Below, one piece after another: positions 30,075 to 41,237 of a stretch of 64,000 nt of DNA; position 1 is the first letter of the stretch; each line of letters begins with the position of its first letter. The position numbers were made by a program, and so were the translations under genes. The DNA lies in the NCBI GenBank assembly GCA_963701075.1, contig OY969559.1, positions 448,001 to 512,000 of the forward strand, written 5' to 3'. Below the pieces are notes generated by a model, which worked only from the letters and a program-made list of their open reading frames with translations, searched no databases and was not told where the DNA came from. This DNA comes from an uncultured Nitrososphaerota archaeon (GTDB lineage: Archaea > Thermoproteota > Nitrososphaeria > Nitrososphaerales > Nitrosopumilaceae).

Positions 30075-32475
30075 ATGAGTGACTTGTCCGCAACAACAAA
30101 TAACAAAGATGACATTGGAAAAGGACTGGGAACGGAAGAGGCCAAAAAAAGATTGGCACAATATGGCTATAACGAGGTTCCGGAGAAGAAGACAAATTTC
30201 CTTATAACGATAGCAAAGTGCTTTTGGGGTATTGTTCCATGGATGCTTGAAGCTACAGCATCTTTCACGTGGTTTTTGGGGCAGTATCCTGACACAATCA
30301 TTATTGTAGTTCTGCTTTTCTTCAATGCTGCAATATCCATTATGCAACAGAGAAGAGCAAGTGTAGCAATGGCGGCTCTCAAACAGAGGTTGAGTATTCA
30401 GAGCAGGGTAAAAAGAGATGGCACGTGGTCAATTATTCCTGCAAGAGATCTTGTGCCCGGAGACCTCATCAGAGTCAGAGCAGGAGACATTCTACCCGCT
30501 GACATAAAAATTGTCAGTGGAAATATGGATGCTGATCAATCGGCACTCACTGGTGAATCAGCAACGGTAGAAAAGTCTGATGGAGAATCAGTCTATTCTG
30601 GTTCTACCGTGAAACGTGGAGAGGTCACTGGAATCGTGGATGCCACGGGAACAAGAACCTATTTCGGAAAAACAGTCGATCTAGTTGATTTGGCACAACC
30701 AAAATTGCATATGGAGGAATTTACCGTCAGAATTGCACGACGACTTGTGATAATAGCCATCGCATCTCTTCTAATTGCCTTTGCCTATGGTCTTCTGATA
30801 GGTTTCCAGTTTGCTGGGTTATTGACTATTGCTGTAGTACTTTTAATTTCCTCAGTACCTGTATCGATGCCAACCATGCTCACTTTGAACATGGTATTGG
30901 GTGCATCGGTGCTTGCAAAGAAGGGTGTTCTTGTTACAAGGCTCAGTGCAAGCGAGGACGCGGCTGTAATGGATGTCCTTTGCGTAGACAAGACAGGCAC
31001 AATGACGATGAATAAGCTCAGCGTTGAAGAAGAATTTCCAGTTAACGGATTTGGAAAAAATGATGTCATACTTTACGGTGCCCTTGCTTCAAACGAAGCA
31101 GATCAAGATCCCATAGACCTGGCATTTCTAGCAGCAGCTAAAGAGGCGCATATCTCACTAGATGGTTACTCCCAGACAGAATTTGTGCCATTTGATCCGC
31201 AGACTAGGATGACAGGATCTAAAGTTCAGAAATCTGGTGAAAAGATCTACGTAAGGAAGGGTTCATTCAAAGTTATCTGTTCTTACTGCAAAATGACGGA
31301 TGAGAACATAGCATCTTTGAGCAAGGACGCAGAGGCTCTCTCAACAAAAGGACTGAGGGTGATAGCAGTTGCCAAAGAGAATCAGGAAGGAAGATTTGAG
31401 CTGAGTCGGTCTTGCAGGTGTTGCAGACAGGATAAGAGAAGACTCTCGCCAGACAGTCTTGCAACTCGATGATTTTGGAGTATCTGTGAAGATGCTTACA
31501 GGAGATGCGCTTCCAATCGCAAGGAATATCGCACCCCAGATAGGTCTTGGCGATAACATCATCAGGATGCCCAATATGCAAGATGCGCAGAATCGAAACT
31601 TGTCAGGCTCCATGATAGAAGAAAGCAGCGGTGTGGCTGAGATCTACCCCGAGGACAAGTATGCCATAGTCAAGAGTCTCCAGAGCAGGGGACATGTAGT
31701 TGGAATGACTGGAGACGGAGTCAATGATGCGCCAGCTCTGAAGCAGGCGGAAGTAGGAATAGCGGTCATAAACGCAACGGATATTGCAAAGGACTCGGCA
31801 AGTGCGGTGCTTGTAACGGGGGGACTTGGAGGCATACTTGCTATGATCAAGACTGGCAGGGCGATTTACCAAAGAATATTCAGTTGGGTACTCAACATGA
31901 TAACAAAAAAGATTTTCAAGTTGGTGTATATTGTATCCATGTTATTTCTCACTCACAATCTGGTTATCTCGATATTTGCCACGGTACTACTGATGTTTGT
32001 TGGCGATTTTGCTACCATGTCAATATCTACAGACAATGTCAGATATTCAAAGAGACCAGATTCACTTGATATCTCATGGTTATTCAAAGTTGGAATGCCG
32101 CTAGCAATGCTTGCAGTGATCGAGGGCGTGGTTTTGACTATGGCAGGCTTGTCCTACTTTGGGCTGGGCAGTGACATCAACAGACTCTACACCTTCACTT
32201 TTTCCTATCTTGCCATGGAATCAGTCTTTAGCCTAATGATAATGCGTGAGCGCGGCCGTTTTTGGAAGTCAAGGCCGAGCAATATTCTCCTCATCGCAAC
32301 TGTTACGGAGATGGCAATCGTAGCTGCAATATCGATACTGGGCTTTTGGCAGCTTCCCCCACTAGGTTACATTCCGGTGCTAGTCATACTGATCTATTCG
32401 CTTGTTGCATCATTTCTTGTCAATGATCTGCTCAAGGTTTATCTGATAGGCAAATTCTACAAAATCTCACAGTGA
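30075..32475 (+). CDS. P-type ATPase, plasma-membrane H+-exporting (P3A)-like; apparent frameshift at 31403
   Basis: DQSALTGES, DKTGT, DPID, MLTGD, MTGDGVNDAPALKQA; WMLE and Asp in TM6. Confidence 0.88.
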
Positions 32476-32636
32476 TATGTAGTCACTGGCGCGTCATTTT
32501 TCCTTCTCGTTGTATGAAAAAATCATTTACTTTTTCTTTTTTATTTTTGAGTTTTAGTGTGGAACTAAACTAGACAAAGCCCCTAATGGACCTAAAATTG
32601 TACCAAAACAGTAACTGGGTCATACAGGGCCTGTAT

Positions 32637-33662
32637 CTAGTAATCTTTTATCAGTCTGAGCAAAGTTACGCTATGTGGCAAAAAATATTCAGGATAGCAG
32701 TTTAACATGATGCCATTTCCTACATCATGGAAGGTCCAGTTTTTGCAGACCGTATCGTATTCTTCCCTTGAATGGTCATACTTCCAGCCAAAACCATTGG
32801 AAATGTTTGACTGTGGATAATTGTGTCCACGAATAAGTGTGATTGTACCGTTTTGATAATTCACATTTACCTTGGCATAAAGAGAGTTTGGATAAAGATA
32901 GATAACATGTGGATGGCTTGTGATTGCGTCAAACTCGCTTTGCGTGACATATTCATTGTGCAATACTATTACCTTGTCATATTGTTGTAATATGGCAGGG
33001 TTTTTGTCAACATCAATATCAGTTATGGTAGAATATCCAAGTCTTTCCAATATTGCATCACCCTCATAACTAGATGTATAGTAAAGTGATCTTGTTGGCT
33101 TCACATCTACTGTAAGGCAGCTTGTATCACACTGCTCGCGGTAGTAGGTATAGAACCCCGGCTCCCAATATGCGGCTTCTGTAAAGACTGGAATTATTAC
33201 AACAGGTTTTTTTGTCTCTGACCAAACAGATACCTGCTCTTCATTGGCTAGATTCAAGTCATCAGATGAAGGGCCAAGTAACTTTCCCCTTGTTTTTTCC
33301 AGAAATTCAAGTGCATAGAGAAACTGAGAATCTGAGGTTTTGTTTTCACTCCATTCCAGCGCAATCGTTTTTGCCTCAGCCATGTCTAACTGGTTTTTTG
33401 GTTCACCAAGGGTATCACTTTCTGGCATTGTACCTTGTTCGACAAGCCACAATGTTCCGTTCATAAAGTCGTTATCAGGAATCTTGTCCTCTGCCCACCA
33501 TTTTGCAAAGCCTTTGATCCAGTGAGGAATTGTAGTGGTTGCATCATCGTCTGCTTTTGCTTGCATGACAGTAAACGATGATAGGATTAGCAACAATCCC
33601 AAGAGCAATGATTTTAGAGCAAGCGTGTCAAATTTGCCTATTTTAGTATCCATTTCCACCAT
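32637..33662 (-). CDS. thaumarchaeal secreted protein (IPHWIK..AKWW domain plus flavodoxin/GATase-like domain)
   Basis: Signal peptide, IPHWIKGFAKWWAE motif, YDKVIVLHNEYVT. Confidence 0.65.
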   Translation of the reverse strand: MVEMDTKIGKFDTLALKSLLLGLLLILSSFTVMQAKADDDATTTIPHWIKGFAKWWAEDKIPDNDFMNGTLWLVEQGTMPESDTLGEPKNQLDMAEAKTIALEWSENKTSDSQFLYALEFLEKTRGKLLGPSSDDLNLANEEQVSVWSETKKPVVIIPVFTEAAYWEPGFYTYYREQCDTSCLTVDVKPTRSLYYTSSYEGDAILERLGYSTITDIDVDKNPAILQQYDKVIVLHNEYVTQSEFDAITSHPHVIYLYPNSLYAKVNVNYQNGTITLIRGHNYPQSNISNGFGWKYDHSREEYDTVCKNWTFHDVGNGIMLNCYPEYFLPHSVTLLRLIKDY

Positions 33663-34003
33663 CGAATAAAAAGTGGCTTGTCTTTATACAGCCGAATCTT
33701 TGCACCACTGCCGCCTTGTGTAAGATCCGACTGTAACATTTCCAAAATGTCTCTCTCATTTTTTATTTTTTTACCCATTGCATTCTTTGATTGAATTATT
33801 TTTTCCATAAATTCCGGCTTTAAGAAAACCTCATAGAAACACCAGCCTGCTGCTAATGTTCCCTTGTCTGAGATCGTGTAGCCTTGTTGATAATTTGTCT
33901 CCTTTTGAAGCTCTTCAAGTGTCTTTCTTAAGAATGGAGCATCTTTGTCGACATCTTGCGAAGCAACAACAAAGGTAGGATTCATAATTTCTTCTAATGC
34001 CAT
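33638..34003 (-). CDS. hypothetical protein
   Basis: 121-aa ORF overlapping the next gene. Confidence 0.5.
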   Translation of the reverse strand: MALEEIMNPTFVVASQDVDKDAPFLRKTLEELQKETNYQQGYTISDKGTLAAGWCFYEVFLKPEFMEKIIQSKNAMGKKIKNERDILEMLQSDLTQGGSGAKIRLYKDKPLFIRWWKWILK

Positions 34004-34078
34004 CAGGTGATTTAAGACAAAAGATCAAAAACCAATCTTGATAATCAGATGCCAAAAAAAGAGACGTATAGTTTAGCT

Positions 34079-34519
34079 TTACTTTAACACAAGACCAAGT
34101 TCTATGACAACTCTGGACCAAGAAACTGAGGAAACTTTGGCCACTTCAGGTAGATTTTCTGCATAGTATGCTGCATTGTACTTGTCATACCAACTACTCG
34201 ATTTTGCTTCAACTACAAGTATTTTTGCACCAGGATCTGCCTGATGTGCTTGCTCCACGTAAAGCGAAACATCTGAAGTTGAGGAGGGATTTGAGTTTGA
34301 GATGCCAAATGGTGTAGCAATCTCAAGACAGCCGTTTGTAACGGTACAGGGAGGAAGACCATGCTGTGTATCGTATGCTGCAAGATCATTTCCCAAAGTA
34401 GGATCATCTGTTGTAACAATAATTGCAATCATAGAGCCTCCACTTGCAAATGCAGATGGAATAATCAAAGATGAAACCAATAGAACTATCACACTAATGA
34501 AAATGTTCTTGTTCATCAT
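34079..34519 (-). CDS. secreted truncated sedolisin (S53)-like protein, apparently non-catalytic
   Basis: DLAAYDTQHGLPPCT..NGC...SLYVEQAHQADPGAKILVVEA...S.SW resembles the S53 N-half; no GTS serine motif. Confidence 0.6.
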   Translation of the reverse strand: MMNKNIFISVIVLLVSSLIIPSAFASGGSMIAIIVTTDDPTLGNDLAAYDTQHGLPPCTVTNGCLEIATPFGISNSNPSSTSDVSLYVEQAHQADPGAKILVVEAKSSSWYDKYNAAYYAENLPEVAKVSSVSWSRVVIELGLVLK

Positions 34520-34595
34520 GCTTAATCTTACCCGCTCTTTCCTATTATGTTCTCCTTACCTGTGATTTGTATGAAATGTCTTTGTTCCCCGCATC

Positions 34596-35672
34596 TTACT
34601 TGAGTTTATATCGCAATATGGCAAGCACTCTATCGTCCAGATCAAGCTTTGCAAGTAATGCAGGATTTGAAATAAACTCTATCTTGGTTGATGTATTTTC
34701 TGCAATCTCTATCATCTTCATAATTTCTTCATGCTCTGATACAGACGTAGAATAATAATTGGCAGAAACTATCAAAGTATCCACAGCCCCCAAAGACAGG
34801 GCTTGGTGTATTGCAGAAATTTCTGTTTCTGTGAGACCCTCCTTTACCAGCCTGTCAAACTTGTCTGTCAAGGAAACGGCATAATCTCTCCTGTATTGAT
34901 ACAGGCGGCTAATGATTTTTTCGGCAAGATCAGACGGTGATGTTGAAAACGTTATATTTTCAACAAGGCTTGTCTTCTTTGCAAGTTCGGGATCCAATGA
35001 TGACAAAAATTCTTTTTTTGCCAGGCCAGGACCGCCAAGGAGTATGATATCTGTTCTCCTCAAATCAAAGTCCTTTATTTTGACATTTATTTTTTTTAAA
35101 AACTGGTCTATCTGAATTTCCCTGTTTCGTGCAAATCTTGCTTGACTTGAACCGCCCTTGCTATGTTTATTCTTCAAGTATGTGCCCAACTTAGATTCCT
35201 GAACAAGCCTGCTTCCCCGAAACTGCTTGAGTATTGCAGATTTGTGATCCATAATAATGAGTAAAACTTCGTAATCTATCTTTAACAGGTCGTGTAATGG
35301 CTTTAGGTAGGGTCTCTTGTCTACTGCATATACTGGCGGCATTTCCTTGGATACCGTAATCTCTTTTATCTTGATTCCCTGATCCCCATTCCACCCAAAT
35401 ATGCAATATGTACTTGCAGTCGCATCACTAGCTGCAAAGACTTCTTTTCCAATAAGAGATCTAATTTTATCTTCAATTACACTTTCAATTTTTTCTATAT
35501 TTTCGCTTCTTCTAGTATGATGAATAATGTCAACTATCTCTGAAACTTTGTTACTGGGTATGTATGCTGATACACAAGGAGATGATGCTTCCTTTATCTC
35601 AAGAACATACCTATTGACTGAGTACCATTCACGTGGAGAAATTTCATTTATACTCAAGATATTTTGAATCAC
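34596..35672 (-). CDS. aRF1/eRF1-fold release-factor paralogue (baeRF/VLRF1-like)
   Basis: VSAYIP, NKHSKGGSSQARFAR, LGGPGLAKKEF, GAVDTLIV, LAILRY. Confidence 0.75.
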   Translation of the reverse strand: MIQNILSINEISPREWYSVNRYVLEIKEASSPCVSAYIPSNKVSEIVDIIHHTRRSENIEKIESVIEDKIRSLIGKEVFAASDATASTYCIFGWNGDQGIKIKEITVSKEMPPVYAVDKRPYLKPLHDLLKIDYEVLLIIMDHKSAILKQFRGSRLVQESKLGTYLKNKHSKGGSSQARFARNREIQIDQFLKKINVKIKDFDLRRTDIILLGGPGLAKKEFLSSLDPELAKKTSLVENITFSTSPSDLAEKIISRLYQYRRDYAVSLTDKFDRLVKEGLTETEISAIHQALSLGAVDTLIVSANYYSTSVSEHEEIMKMIEIAENTSTKIEFISNPALLAKLDLDDRVLAILRYKLK

Positions 35673-35715
35673 TCAAACTACATATAATTGTCATAACAAG
35701 ATGGCGTTTTTAGAA

Positions 35716-36463
35716 TTACACTTTGATTATTCCGCTAGAGACCAACCACTGCATCCCTTTTACAAATGAATCATCTGAAATCTGCCCGTCTGCCCACCAG
35801 CCAGCATTATTTTTAAACCATACAGGAATTTGATTCGAGGGTGCAGAAACTGACTGAGTTGGGGGGATTGCAATTATTTTTTGTTCAATTAGATATTGAA
35901 TGCCTTGAATGAAATCATTATTAGTTATGGCTCCCTCTGACCACCATTTCGCATTATTGTGAATCCACTGCGGAATCTGCATGGTCGTGGTCGCATTTGG
36001 AGCAGAGCATTGAATGCCTTGGCAGCTTCCAGTAACAGTGAACTGTGTTTGTACCGTAAGCGTTCCCTGCTCTGAATGATATTGTGCCAGGATCTCATAC
36101 TGACCATTTTCTGCCATGAGTGAGCTGGCCGTGTTTATTTTTGTGGTATAGTTCCCGTTATTATCAAGAGGTAATTGGGTTGCAAAGATATCATCAAGTG
36201 ACGGATCAATTCCCATTATGACAGCGTCCTCTCCTGCAATTGGATTTGTTACGTGACCTGATACTGTAATCATGTCTCCATGGATATAGACTGGCTTGTC
36301 TGTTGTAACCGAAATTGAAGATGCAATGTAACCTGAATTTGGCGCACATGCTGGCGGGCAGAATCCAAATGCCGGCGCACTAGTTCCAGCAGCAATCAGA
36401 ACTCCAAAAACTATTGATAAAACAAGGAAAATATAATATTGATTATTGAATGATTTTTCCCAT
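35716..36463 (-). CDS. thaumarchaeal secreted protein; apparent frameshift near the start
   Basis: Two IPxW.(H/K)NNA.WW..G.I...F..G.Q.L repeats; signal peptide upstream of the ORF-track start. Confidence 0.7.
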
Positions 36464-36831
36464 GTTTTCGTAGGAATGAATTGCAGTTTGTATTAAATAA
36501 ACCTAGGTACCAGGATGGAAAGTTCATTGATTGCAATAAATCCGATTGTTGCCATGATCCCTCCAACAATCGCTGTCGTAAATAGTACCGCTGTTTTATC
36601 TGCAAATGAATTTCTCACAACTGTTATCTCTTCAACATTATATCGTATAATATGACAAAAATTTGTTAGTCAGTGGTGAAGGATAGTTTAGTATCATTTT
36701 GGATTGGTGTTAACCTAATTCAATAAATCTTGAAAATGATGACTCTTCTAAGCTTGTGATTATAGAAAAATACAAATTTTCATGGCAGAAAGCAAGATCT
36801 TGAAGACTGAATTCTTGAGAGATCTTTTGAC

Positions 36832-37221
36832 TTATCCTACCATCTGAGTTATTTTATTTAATATCTCTTTTTCCACGTGCACTGTCCATAACATCTCTGG
36901 GATGTCAACTGCCAGAAATAGCAACGACAAGAGCAATGCCTCTACTGCTGCAATGGCGATATTTTGTATGAATTTTCCAATTCCAACGTGTACGGCAAAG
37001 TCGTTTGGATCCCCGCTAATCATTATAGTAAATGCCCTGTCAGCAGTAATGAAATCCCTCAGAATGCCTGCCTTTGTTGCCTGGATGATTGTACCTACAG
37101 GAGAAGTAGCAGTCATCTGTGTCTTGTATCCGTCTTGATCTAGCATTGTGACTACTTGTTGCGCCAGCTGGTTCAGATCCTTGTTTTTGTTTTGAAATCT
37201 GACCACTTTTTCAGAGACCAT
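36832..37221 (-). CDS. conserved hypothetical membrane-associated protein
   Basis: 129-aa ORF with a hydrophobic hairpin. Confidence 0.55.
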   Translation of the reverse strand: MVSEKVVRFQNKNKDLNQLAQQVVTMLDQDGYKTQMTATSPVGTIIQATKAGILRDFITADRAFTIMISGDPNDFAVHVGIGKFIQNIAIAAVEALLLSLLFLAVDIPEMLWTVHVEKEILNKITQMVG

Positions 37222-37355
37222 GCAGAAAAGAGTCTTTTCTGGTAATTAAACCGTATCGCAATTCTCATCTAGAGTACAGATTACAAGTTGGATCTTTTGA
37301 ATATCCCAGATTATTGTAGCTTCAAGACTCATATTTTTTGAACTAGATCTTGGCT

Positions 37356-37787
37356 CTATTTTACTAAAAGTACAGGGATTTTGGATTTGTGTAAAACCCC
37401 GTATGCAACACTTCCAAGGAAGACTTCCTTTACTGGGCCAAATCCTCGGGATGCAATAACTATGAGATCAAATTTTTTATTCTTGGCAAAATTTGCTATA
37501 TCGGCTGCTATTACATCGCCTTCAATTATCTTTTCATCAAAAACAATGCCGTTTTTTGCCGAGCGGATTTTTGCTTCAGTCAAGGATTTTCTCACCTGTT
37601 CTAGCATTTTCTCTCTGTATGGTCCAAATATTCTGGGACCAGATTTTACCACGTAAAATGGAACCACGTATAAGCCGGTTATGGTGGCACTGCACTGCCT
37701 TGCAAGATATATTGCCTTGTCAAGACCCTTGATAGAATTTTCCGAACCGTCTAATGGAACCAATATTCTTTTTATCTTAGGTTTCAT
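37356..37787 (-). CDS. universal stress protein
   Basis: ILVPLDGS...IASRG...LGSVAYGVLHKSKIPVLLVK. Confidence 0.92.
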   Translation of the reverse strand: MKPKIKRILVPLDGSENSIKGLDKAIYLARQCSATITGLYVVPFYVVKSGPRIFGPYREKMLEQVRKSLTEAKIRSAKNGIVFDEKIIEGDVIAADIANFAKNKKFDLIVIASRGFGPVKEVFLGSVAYGVLHKSKIPVLLVK

Positions 37788-37981
37788 GTATTGTGTTGCT
37801 CAATTTACCTTATTATCTGAAAGATAATTATCATTTGTGGTATTCATGCAAGCAGGTTATAATCAAAAACACGCCAAAATTACACACCGTGGTCTAAATT
37901 GCGATAGCCATTGATTAGTATGGATAAGAGACCCGAAAATGTCACTCATCTCTTAAATAATATTCTGCGTATAATATAGTC

Positions 37982-38335
37982 ATGACACAAGATGTAGAAT
38001 CCATATACAACGAATATGTATCGAAACTGAAACAAGCCATGCCAAACGTCGATCCTAATCTGATCCACAGGATAATCTATCTTGAAAGAAAACTTGCAAG
38101 CGAAGATATGACTGAACCTGACGTCAGCGCAATAATAGAATACAAGACAGGTGTCGATGTAGATGTCAAAATAAATGGCCTGCGAGAAAAATATTCACTT
38201 GAAGTAGAACATGGGGATAAAGAAGGTATCCTTCATGTTGTGGGGCGTATGAAGATGGGAAAGGTCCAAAATATTGCAGCCGACAGGGATATTGCAAAGA
38301 TTACAGGAAAAGCCGATCCTGGATATGGAGAATAA
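37982..38335 (+). CDS. hypothetical protein
   Basis: 117-aa ORF with upstream TATA-like element. Confidence 0.55.
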   Translation: MTQDVESIYNEYVSKLKQAMPNVDPNLIHRIIYLERKLASEDMTEPDVSAIIEYKTGVDVDVKINGLREKYSLEVEHGDKEGILHVVGRMKMGKVQNIAADRDIAKITGKADPGYGE

Positions 38336-38407
38336 TCAAATCCACGCTGTTTCATGCCCTTGATAATTAGCACAAACCAGTAATATGGCCATAGTTTAGT
38401 CAATACC

Positions 38408-38827
38408 ATGATAGAAAGACCGAAAATCAAAAAAATTCTTGTGCCCCTTGACGGCTCCAAAAATTCCCTCAAAGCACTAGAGACTGGAGTCCACCTTGCA
38501 AAGGAACACGAAGCGTCACTTACCGTTATTCACGTTATACACATGTCACACAAAAAAGAACTCAAGCAAAAAGAACTAGAAGAGGAGGTCCCACCAGAAT
38601 TCATCCTTTCTGCAAAAAAACTTGCAGTAAAAAATGGCGTACCATTTTTTAGCCGAATACTTACGGGAGACCCGGGACATTCTATAGTGGAATATTCAGA
38701 TGACCATAACATAGATGTGATCGTAATAGGTGCCAGAGGCATAAGCACTTTTAAAAAGATCTTTCTTGGAAGCGTCTCAAACTATGTGATGCACGCCTCA
38801 AAGGTTGCAGTAATGCTCATAAAATAA
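38408..38827 (+). CDS. universal stress protein
   Basis: ILVPLDGS...IGARG...LGSVSNYV. Confidence 0.92.
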   Translation: MIERPKIKKILVPLDGSKNSLKALETGVHLAKEHEASLTVIHVIHMSHKKELKQKELEEEVPPEFILSAKKLAVKNGVPFFSRILTGDPGHSIVEYSDDHNIDVIVIGARGISTFKKIFLGSVSNYVMHASKVAVMLIK

Positions 38828-38880
38828 AATCAAAAACTATCTCAAGGATTTTTTGGCATGGTATCATAAAACATGTTATA

Positions 38881-39144
38881 TCATACCGTATCATCAATCT
38901 CTCCTCCAAGATACGTCCCATTTTCGTCATAGACGTAAAATACCGTTGCAGTGCTTGGGTCTGCTGCGTCTTTTGAGGCATTTCTAGTCATTTCTCTAGC
39001 TTTTCTTATTGCCATGTCGCAGTTGTCGTGATCTTCCACTACCCAATGGCCCTTGCCTGGAATCTCAGACTTGTCTATTCCCATGATGCGAAACTTGCCT
39101 TTTGGCGGTTTAAGCTCAGGAAAGTCTCTAAACATAGAATCCAA
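38881..39144 (-). CDS. hypothetical protein
   Basis: 87-aa ORF. Confidence 0.5.
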   Translation of the reverse strand: MDSMFRDFPELKPPKGKFRIMGIDKSEIPGKGHWVVEDHDNCDMAIRKAREMTRNASKDAADPSTATVFYVYDENGTYLGGEIDDTV

Positions 39145-39192
39145 GATATGATTCTAAAATAAAAATCTGCATAGCTGAAAATCTCTGATGCG

Positions 39193-39426
39193 ATGTATAT
39201 AGAGCCCCCTTTGCCACAAAATCAAGCAATGTCGATCTATCGCACGTTGGGCAAGATGCTTTTGATATCAGGTATATCGCTTGCAATACTTACATTATTT
39301 GATTATGCCATATTTCTTGCAAACAATTCAGGAGACGTGTACGTTAATCCATACGAGTACATCCAGTATTTTGTAATTGCGATTTTAGTTCTAGTCGGGA
39401 TTGTGTTAATAATAAAAAACAAATGA
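39193..39426 (+). CDS. two-TM small membrane protein
   Basis: Two hydrophobic helices. Confidence 0.5.
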   Translation: MYIEPPLPQNQAMSIYRTLGKMLLISGISLAILTLFDYAIFLANNSGDVYVNPYEYIQYFVIAILVLVGIVLIIKNK

Positions 39427-39542
39427 TGAAAACAAGATTTCCTGAGGCAAGTGCCAAGACCGAGGTGTTTGGGTCAATCATCCTTATCAATCCTGCAAAT
39501 TCATGAAAAGGAGCAGAAGGTCACTGTAGGAGATCCGTAATC

Positions 39543-39731
39543 TTGATTAGAAACCATCAAGAAAAAAGGATGTTGTCAAAAACTAAGATGTATTCTCCGC
39601 CACTCTCTGAAGAAGAGGTCGCAGACGTCAAAAAAGCACTAAAAAGTAAAGGAAAGATCTACAAGACCCCTGAGGAATTAATACAGGATCTGCATACAAA
39701 TGTGGCAAATCGACCAAAGACCTCAGTTTAA
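39543..39731 (+). CDS. RelB/DinJ-like antitoxin candidate
   Basis: LSEEE...GKIYKTPEELIQDL; overlaps the toxin. Confidence 0.55.
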   Translation: MIRNHQEKRMLSKTKMYSPPLSEEEVADVKKALKSKGKIYKTPEELIQDLHTNVANRPKTSV

Positions 39732-39963
39732 CAGACAATACAAACTTCTTGGAAGAGAGCGTCAGAAAAGGATTGACTCTGCAATTCTGGATCTGGCATA
39801 CTCCGAAAATCCATCGACAAAAGGTGATTTCAAAAAGAACATGCGCGTTTTTGCCTACGAGCTTGGAAGAGGAGACAGAATAATTTACACAATACAATAC
39901 GAGGATAACACGATAGTATTGTTGCGAGTCTGTGACCACAAGTCAGTCTACGGTAAAGACTGA
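39700..39963 (+). CDS. RelE/ParE-family toxin
   Basis: PQFNRQYKLL...DRIIY...LLRVCDHKSVY. Confidence 0.8.
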   Translation: MWQIDQRPQFNRQYKLLGRERQKRIDSAILDLAYSENPSTKGDFKKNMRVFAYELGRGDRIIYTIQYEDNTIVLLRVCDHKSVYGKD

Positions 39964-40229
39964 CTGAATCATTCCAATCCAGGCAAATTCTCCAAACCAG
40001 GAGCATAATTTTTTAGCCAGTCTTGACATCATAATACCATGAATTTTGGCCTTTGTCCCTTTTGCAACTTGCACAGGGAACTTGGCTCATACTACTCGAA
40101 AAAATATGGCAAGACAGTTGAGATATGCAAAGACTGTTACAACAAGAAATCATTGACAAATTAATCTTGTATATACGAAAGAATACAAAACCACTATGAC
40201 CCAAGATCTATAAATCATTATATGTGATA

Positions 40230-40245
40230 GTATACTATAGTATAC
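40230..40245. promoter_or_regulatory. perfect 16-bp palindromic operator upstream of a TA operon
   Basis: GTATACTATAGTATAC just before the GTG at 40248. Confidence 0.6.
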
Positions 40246-40247
40246 CA

Positions 40248-40473
40248 GTGAATACTACAATAAAAATAAAAGACAAAACGAGAGCAAAGCTTGAAAACTT
40301 TAAGATACATACAAAGGAAACATATAATGACGTTATTGAGAGACTAATGAAAGTAGCACAAGACGATGAGCTGAGATCCTCAAACAATAAAAAACCTTAG
40401 AAAATCCCTTGATGACATAGTGAAGGGTAAAACCTATTCCCTTACACAAGTAGAAAAAGAACTTGGTCTATAA
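40248..40473 (+). CDS. RHH-type antitoxin, apparent frameshift at 40373
   Basis: TTIKIKDKTRAKL...ETYNDVIERL; the corrected frame ends GKTYSLTQVEKELGL and overlaps relE. Confidence 0.7.
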
Positions 40474-40714
40474 CATACTCATAACCGAGACTGCAAAGAA
40501 GCAACTGGCAAAGGTTGACAGGCAAAACGCAATAAGAATAGACAAGAAACTACGTGAAATTTTGCATGATCCATTTCTTTACATAACAAGACTTGCTAAT
40601 CTAGAACTTTACAAGCTAAGAGTTGGAGATTACAGGGTATTGATGAGTATTCAAAAAAACAGATTGATTATAGTGGTAGTTGAAATAAGCCACAGGCGTA
40701 ACGCATACAAATAG
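40463..40714 (+). CDS. relE: RelE/StbE-family toxin
   Basis: AKKQLAK...YKLRVGDYRVL...SHRRNAY. Confidence 0.9.
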   Translation: MVYNILITETAKKQLAKVDRQNAIRIDKKLREILHDPFLYITRLANLELYKLRVGDYRVLMSIQKNRLIIVVVEISHRRNAYK

Positions 40715-40767
40715 GCTATCAAACTTTTTACATCGTTCTCTTATCTGGGCGTTTTTTCTAACAAAAA

Positions 40768-41233
40768 TTATTCATAGAATACATTTTTTACGTATTTTGA
40801 CAAGTTGCCCCTGACAGACAAATAAGACAGGACAAATATCGCAATGCCTGTAGCATGTGTTGCAGTACAAAGCAGACAGACAGAACCCACCAAGAAGAAC
40901 TCGACGTAAACAAGACATGCTGCAGAGGCAACTCCAATCCCAGCCCAGATGAAAAGGTAAAACGGAGCATTAGCACTGGCATCCTTAGAAAATCTCAGTT
41001 TGTTATGGTATAGCAATCCAGACACAGAAAACCAGACAACGCCAAACGCACCAAGAGGTATCTTTTCTACCTCAGAGTATGAGCTGAAGAACTGTATTGG
41101 TGCAGTTTATCTTGTCGCTCAGGTTGCACCAGCTTGGCAGCCCGGCTCTAGCTTCATAATGAAAATAAATCAGATACAACGATAACGATATCCCAATTAT
41201 TACACATGCCAAGAAAATTTTGGGGAATCTCAT
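40768..41233 (-). CDS. VKOR-family disulfide-bond formation protein, apparent frameshift at 41086
   Basis: WCNLSDKINC..VL.SYSE...IPLG and CLLC motif. Confidence 0.8.
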
Positions 41234-41237
41234 GATT

